Positions 61,433-64,000 of a stretch of DNA of 64,000 nucleotides are shown piece by piece. Made by a program: the position numbers and the translations under genes. The stretch comes from Planctomycetota bacterium. GTDB lineage: Bacteria > Planctomycetota > Brocadiia > Brocadiales > Bathyanammoxibiaceae. Within the stretch, counting starts at the first letter, position 1, and each line of letters begins with the position of its first letter. The stretch is taken from positions 9,191 through 73,190 of the forward strand of contig JAHFOV010000001.1 in the NCBI GenBank assembly GCA_023261505.1, in the 5' to 3' direction. Below the pieces are notes generated by a model, which saw nothing but the letters and a program-made list of their open reading frames with translations, did not search any database and had not been told where the DNA came from.

Positions 61433-62455
61433 ATGATAGACCCTTATAATGCTGTACTGGCTGTAACGCAGAATTGTAACTCCCACTGTATAATGTGTGA
61501 TGTATGGAAGAGAAAACGGGAGGAAAAGGAAATGATACCCTCAGATTATAGTGCCCTTCCTTCTTCCCTAAGGGACATCAATATCTCAGGAGGCGAGCCC
61601 TTTCTAAAGGATGAGCTCCCAGAGGTCATCGAGGTAGTTAAAAGGACCTGCCCTAAAGCAAGGATTTTGATATCAACGAACGGTCTCTTGATGGAAAAAA
61701 TGAGGAGATCGGCCCCTCTGCTTTTAAGGATAGACCGAGAAGTGGCTATAAGGGTATCAATCGATGGTATCGGTAAAACCCATGACCGTATCAGGGGTAT
61801 CCCTGGTTCCTTTAATAAAGCAGTTGAAGGGATAAGGATTCTGAAAGACGCAGGGATAAGGGACCTCGGAATCGCCATGACCGTTATGGAGGGTAATGTT
61901 AGTGAGATAGAGAAGGTTTATAATTTAGCCGAAGACCGCGGTGTAGAATTCTCTATCAGCATAGTCTCTGATTCATCTAGCCTCTTCGGCGATCGGAAGA
62001 AACTTTTACGCCCAAAAAAGCCAGAACTTTTCCTCAACCTGATGTATTTAATTAATAGGGAATATAGAAATATTAATCCCAAGAGATGGTTCAGGGCCTG
62101 GTTTGAAAAGGGATTATTACGGTACGCCCTCACTAGAAAGAGACCTCTGCCTTGTGATGCGGTAGAGGGCTTTTTCTATATGGACTCCTTCGGAGAGATT
62201 TATTGCTGTCCAGTCCTTCCCTACAGCCTTGGAAACTTAAGGAGGATTAGCTGGAATGCCCTCTGGAACTCGGATGAGTCCCGGAGGGTAAGGGGGCTTC
62301 TGAAGGGATGTAATAGATGCTGGATGATATGCACTGCCCGCTCCCAGACAAGGAGTAATCTTCTTAAGGTAGGGACTGAAGTCCTGCTCGACAAATTTAA
62401 GGCCCACTTAAATATCCTTAAATTTAATCACCATGAAGATATTAATGGTGAATAA
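61433..62455 (+). CDS. Radical SAM enzyme with Cys-rich C-terminal region, copy 2
   Basis: CNSHCIMCDVW and NISGGEPFLKDE are present, with C-terminal CDAV..CCPVLP..CNRCWMICT. It is a paralog of 58471..59607. Confidence 0.75.
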   Translation: MIDPYNAVLAVTQNCNSHCIMCDVWKRKREEKEMIPSDYSALPSSLRDINISGGEPFLKDELPEVIEVVKRTCPKARILISTNGLLMEKMRRSAPLLLRIDREVAIRVSIDGIGKTHDRIRGIPGSFNKAVEGIRILKDAGIRDLGIAMTVMEGNVSEIEKVYNLAEDRGVEFSISIVSDSSSLFGDRKKLLRPKKPELFLNLMYLINREYRNINPKRWFRAWFEKGLLRYALTRKRPLPCDAVEGFFYMDSFGEIYCCPVLPYSLGNLRRISWNALWNSDESRRVRGLLKGCNRCWMICTARSQTRSNLLKVGTEVLLDKFKAHLNILKFNHHEDINGE

Positions 62456-63668
62456 ATTTTATTATCCGAGAGGGGGGACTGAAAGGTACCTGTTTTCCCT
62501 CTCCGGACTTTTAAGGGAAAAAGGGCATAAGGTAATACCTTTTTCTACATTCCACGAGAAAAACATAGATACCGAATATAGTTCCTATTTCCTCCTAGGG
62601 GTGGATTTTGATGAATTTTTCAAAAAAGGAATCCTCTCGGCAGCAACAGGTTTAAGAACTAATGCCTTATACTCTTTTGAGGCCAGGAAAAAGCTCGAAA
62701 GTCTTATTAAGAGAGAAAGACCTGATATCGCCCACCTCCACAACATCCATTATCATATCACCCCTTCTATCCTGCCGATTTTGAAAGAAAAGGACATACC
62801 CATAATATGGACCCTCCACGATTATGCGCTTATATGTCCAAACTCACATTTCTTATCAGACGGTAAGATATGCGAGGCATGTAGTAATGGAAGGTATTAC
62901 AGACCCATTCTTGAGAGGTGCAAAAGAGGCTCCTTTGGGGCAAGCCTTATTGCAGGATTTGGGGCATATTTATATCGCTGGATGGGTCTCTATAATCTTG
63001 TAGATTTATTTCTATGCCCTAGTGATTTCTTAAGAAAAAAGATGATCGAATATGGATTTGATTCGAAGAGGCTTATTACCATTCCAAATTTTCTAGAAAT
63101 AGATATCCCTGTGCCAAGCTATGGTAATAAGGCCTATGTTTTGTATTTTGGCCGGCTATCAGAGGAAAAGGGAGTGGAAACCCTTATTAAATCTGCAGAA
63201 AAGATCCCCTATCTTAATTTTAAGTTTGTAGGCGATGGGCCACAGGGAAGGATACTGAAAGAGATGGTCAAAGAAAGAGGCCTAACAAATGTCCAATTTT
63301 TGGGAGAATTAAAAAGGAAAGAGCTTTATAGCCTTATCACTGAGGCCCTTTTTGTTATAATCCCATCCGTATGGTATGAAAATTGTCCCTATTCAATCCT
63401 CGAATCCTTTCTTCTCGGAAAGCCGGTTATCGCCTCTGAGATAGGCGGCATCCCTGAACTTGTTGATGACGGAATTGATGGTCTTCTCTTTGAACCGGGC
63501 AATGACGAGGATCTGGCTGCAAAGATTAAGCAACTCCTATCGGATAAAGATAGCCTAAAACAGATGGGAGAAAGAGCGAGGGCGAAGGTTGAGAGATTGT
63601 ACAGTCCAGAGGTCCATTATGAAAGGATCGTGAGGGCCTATAATATGGTTCTCTCTAAACATCATTAA
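62433..63668 (+). CDS. GT4-type (GT-B) glycosyltransferase
   Basis: MKILMVNKFYYPRGGTERY, GRLSEEKGV and the EX7E-like region ENCPYSILESFLLGKPVIASEIGGIPE are present. It overlaps the upstream gene by 23 nt. Confidence 0.85.
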   Translation: MKILMVNKFYYPRGGTERYLFSLSGLLREKGHKVIPFSTFHEKNIDTEYSSYFLLGVDFDEFFKKGILSAATGLRTNALYSFEARKKLESLIKRERPDIAHLHNIHYHITPSILPILKEKDIPIIWTLHDYALICPNSHFLSDGKICEACSNGRYYRPILERCKRGSFGASLIAGFGAYLYRWMGLYNLVDLFLCPSDFLRKKMIEYGFDSKRLITIPNFLEIDIPVPSYGNKAYVLYFGRLSEEKGVETLIKSAEKIPYLNFKFVGDGPQGRILKEMVKERGLTNVQFLGELKRKELYSLITEALFVIIPSVWYENCPYSILESFLLGKPVIASEIGGIPELVDDGIDGLLFEPGNDEDLAAKIKQLLSDKDSLKQMGERARAKVERLYSPEVHYERIVRAYNMVLSKHH

Positions 63669-63674
63669 GTTCAG

Positions 63675-64000
63675 ATGAAGCATAGTTTAAAGATAGCCAT
63701 GATAGGACAGAAAGGGATCCCTGCGATGTACGGGGGGATAGAAAGGCATGTAGAGGAGATATCTCTCCGTCTGGCAAAGGAGGGCCACAATGTAACTGTT
63801 TTTTGCAGACCTTACTATACGGAATTGATGGAGAATTATAAAGGAGTAAGGTTGGAGCTTTTGCCTTCCATCAATACGAAGCATCTCGATGCCATCAGCC
63901 ACTCCTTTTTTGCTACAGCTAAGACCTTTTGGCGTGATTACGATGTAATCCATTACCATGCACTTGGCCCATCTACCCTATCCTTCTTGCCTAAACTCGC
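63675..64000 (+). CDS. Glycosyltransferase (N-terminal part; continues beyond window)
   Basis: My translation from ATG 63675 reads MKHSLKIAMIGQKGIPAMYGGIERHVEEISLRLAKEGHNVTVFCRPYY... This is a typical GT4/DUF1972-type N-terminus. The frame is open to the window end. Confidence 0.7.
   Translation, partial: MKHSLKIAMIGQKGIPAMYGGIERHVEEISLRLAKEGHNVTVFCRPYYTELMENYKGVRLELLPSINTKHLDAISHSFFATAKTFWRDYDVIHYHALGPSTLSFLPKL

Noticed and set aside
1-64000. Possibility that the many short palindromic repeats represent a CRISPR array.
   Set aside because: The repeats are dispersed singly, differ in length and family, and are not separated by regular unique spacers. No cas genes are present.

Overview
This is a bacterial chromosomal window with one tRNA, no rRNA and no CRISPR array. 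I cannot assign a taxon from sequence alone. The backbone is housekeeping genes: der, an HtrA-like protease, a GldA/F/G-like ABC exporter with DUF4340 and rpoZ, a pentahaem cytochrome c, trkH/trkA, leuS, holA, tal, yjbQ, rpmB, gatC/gatA, argG, a class-II cytochrome c, rmuC, asd, truA and tRNA-Val(CAC). An AT-richer polysaccharide locus follows from 52.3 kb to the window end. Three layers of structure go beyond the gene list. (1) Small AT-rich accessory islets sit exactly at the 3' ends of der, leuS and tRNA-Val. Each is bounded by a duplicated copy of that 3' end. The leuS site holds three copies, which implies nested insertions carrying two toxin-antitoxin pairs and an HNH restriction-modification cassette. 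No integrase or transposase is present in the window. (2) At least five families of short palindromic elements fill the intergenic gaps. Several lie in frame inside conserved genes: truA, leuS twice, an RNase HII-like gene and the linker of an activase-dehydratase fusion. One supplies a lipoprotein signal peptide. (3) Four loci are candidates for uncharacterised systems. They are a CHAT-protease/STAND-NTPase/TPR gene split at a homopolymer, a cluster built around a 933-aa DUF362 fusion protein, an XRE + ImmA/IrrE-like pair with a leaderless-type promoter, and a glycan-modification cassette with duplicated CapK/PaaK-like ligases and duplicated radical SAM enzymes. Much of the accessory cargo is broken by frameshifts, nonsense codons or internal deletion. 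All calls rest on manual reading of motifs and alignments; no database search was run.
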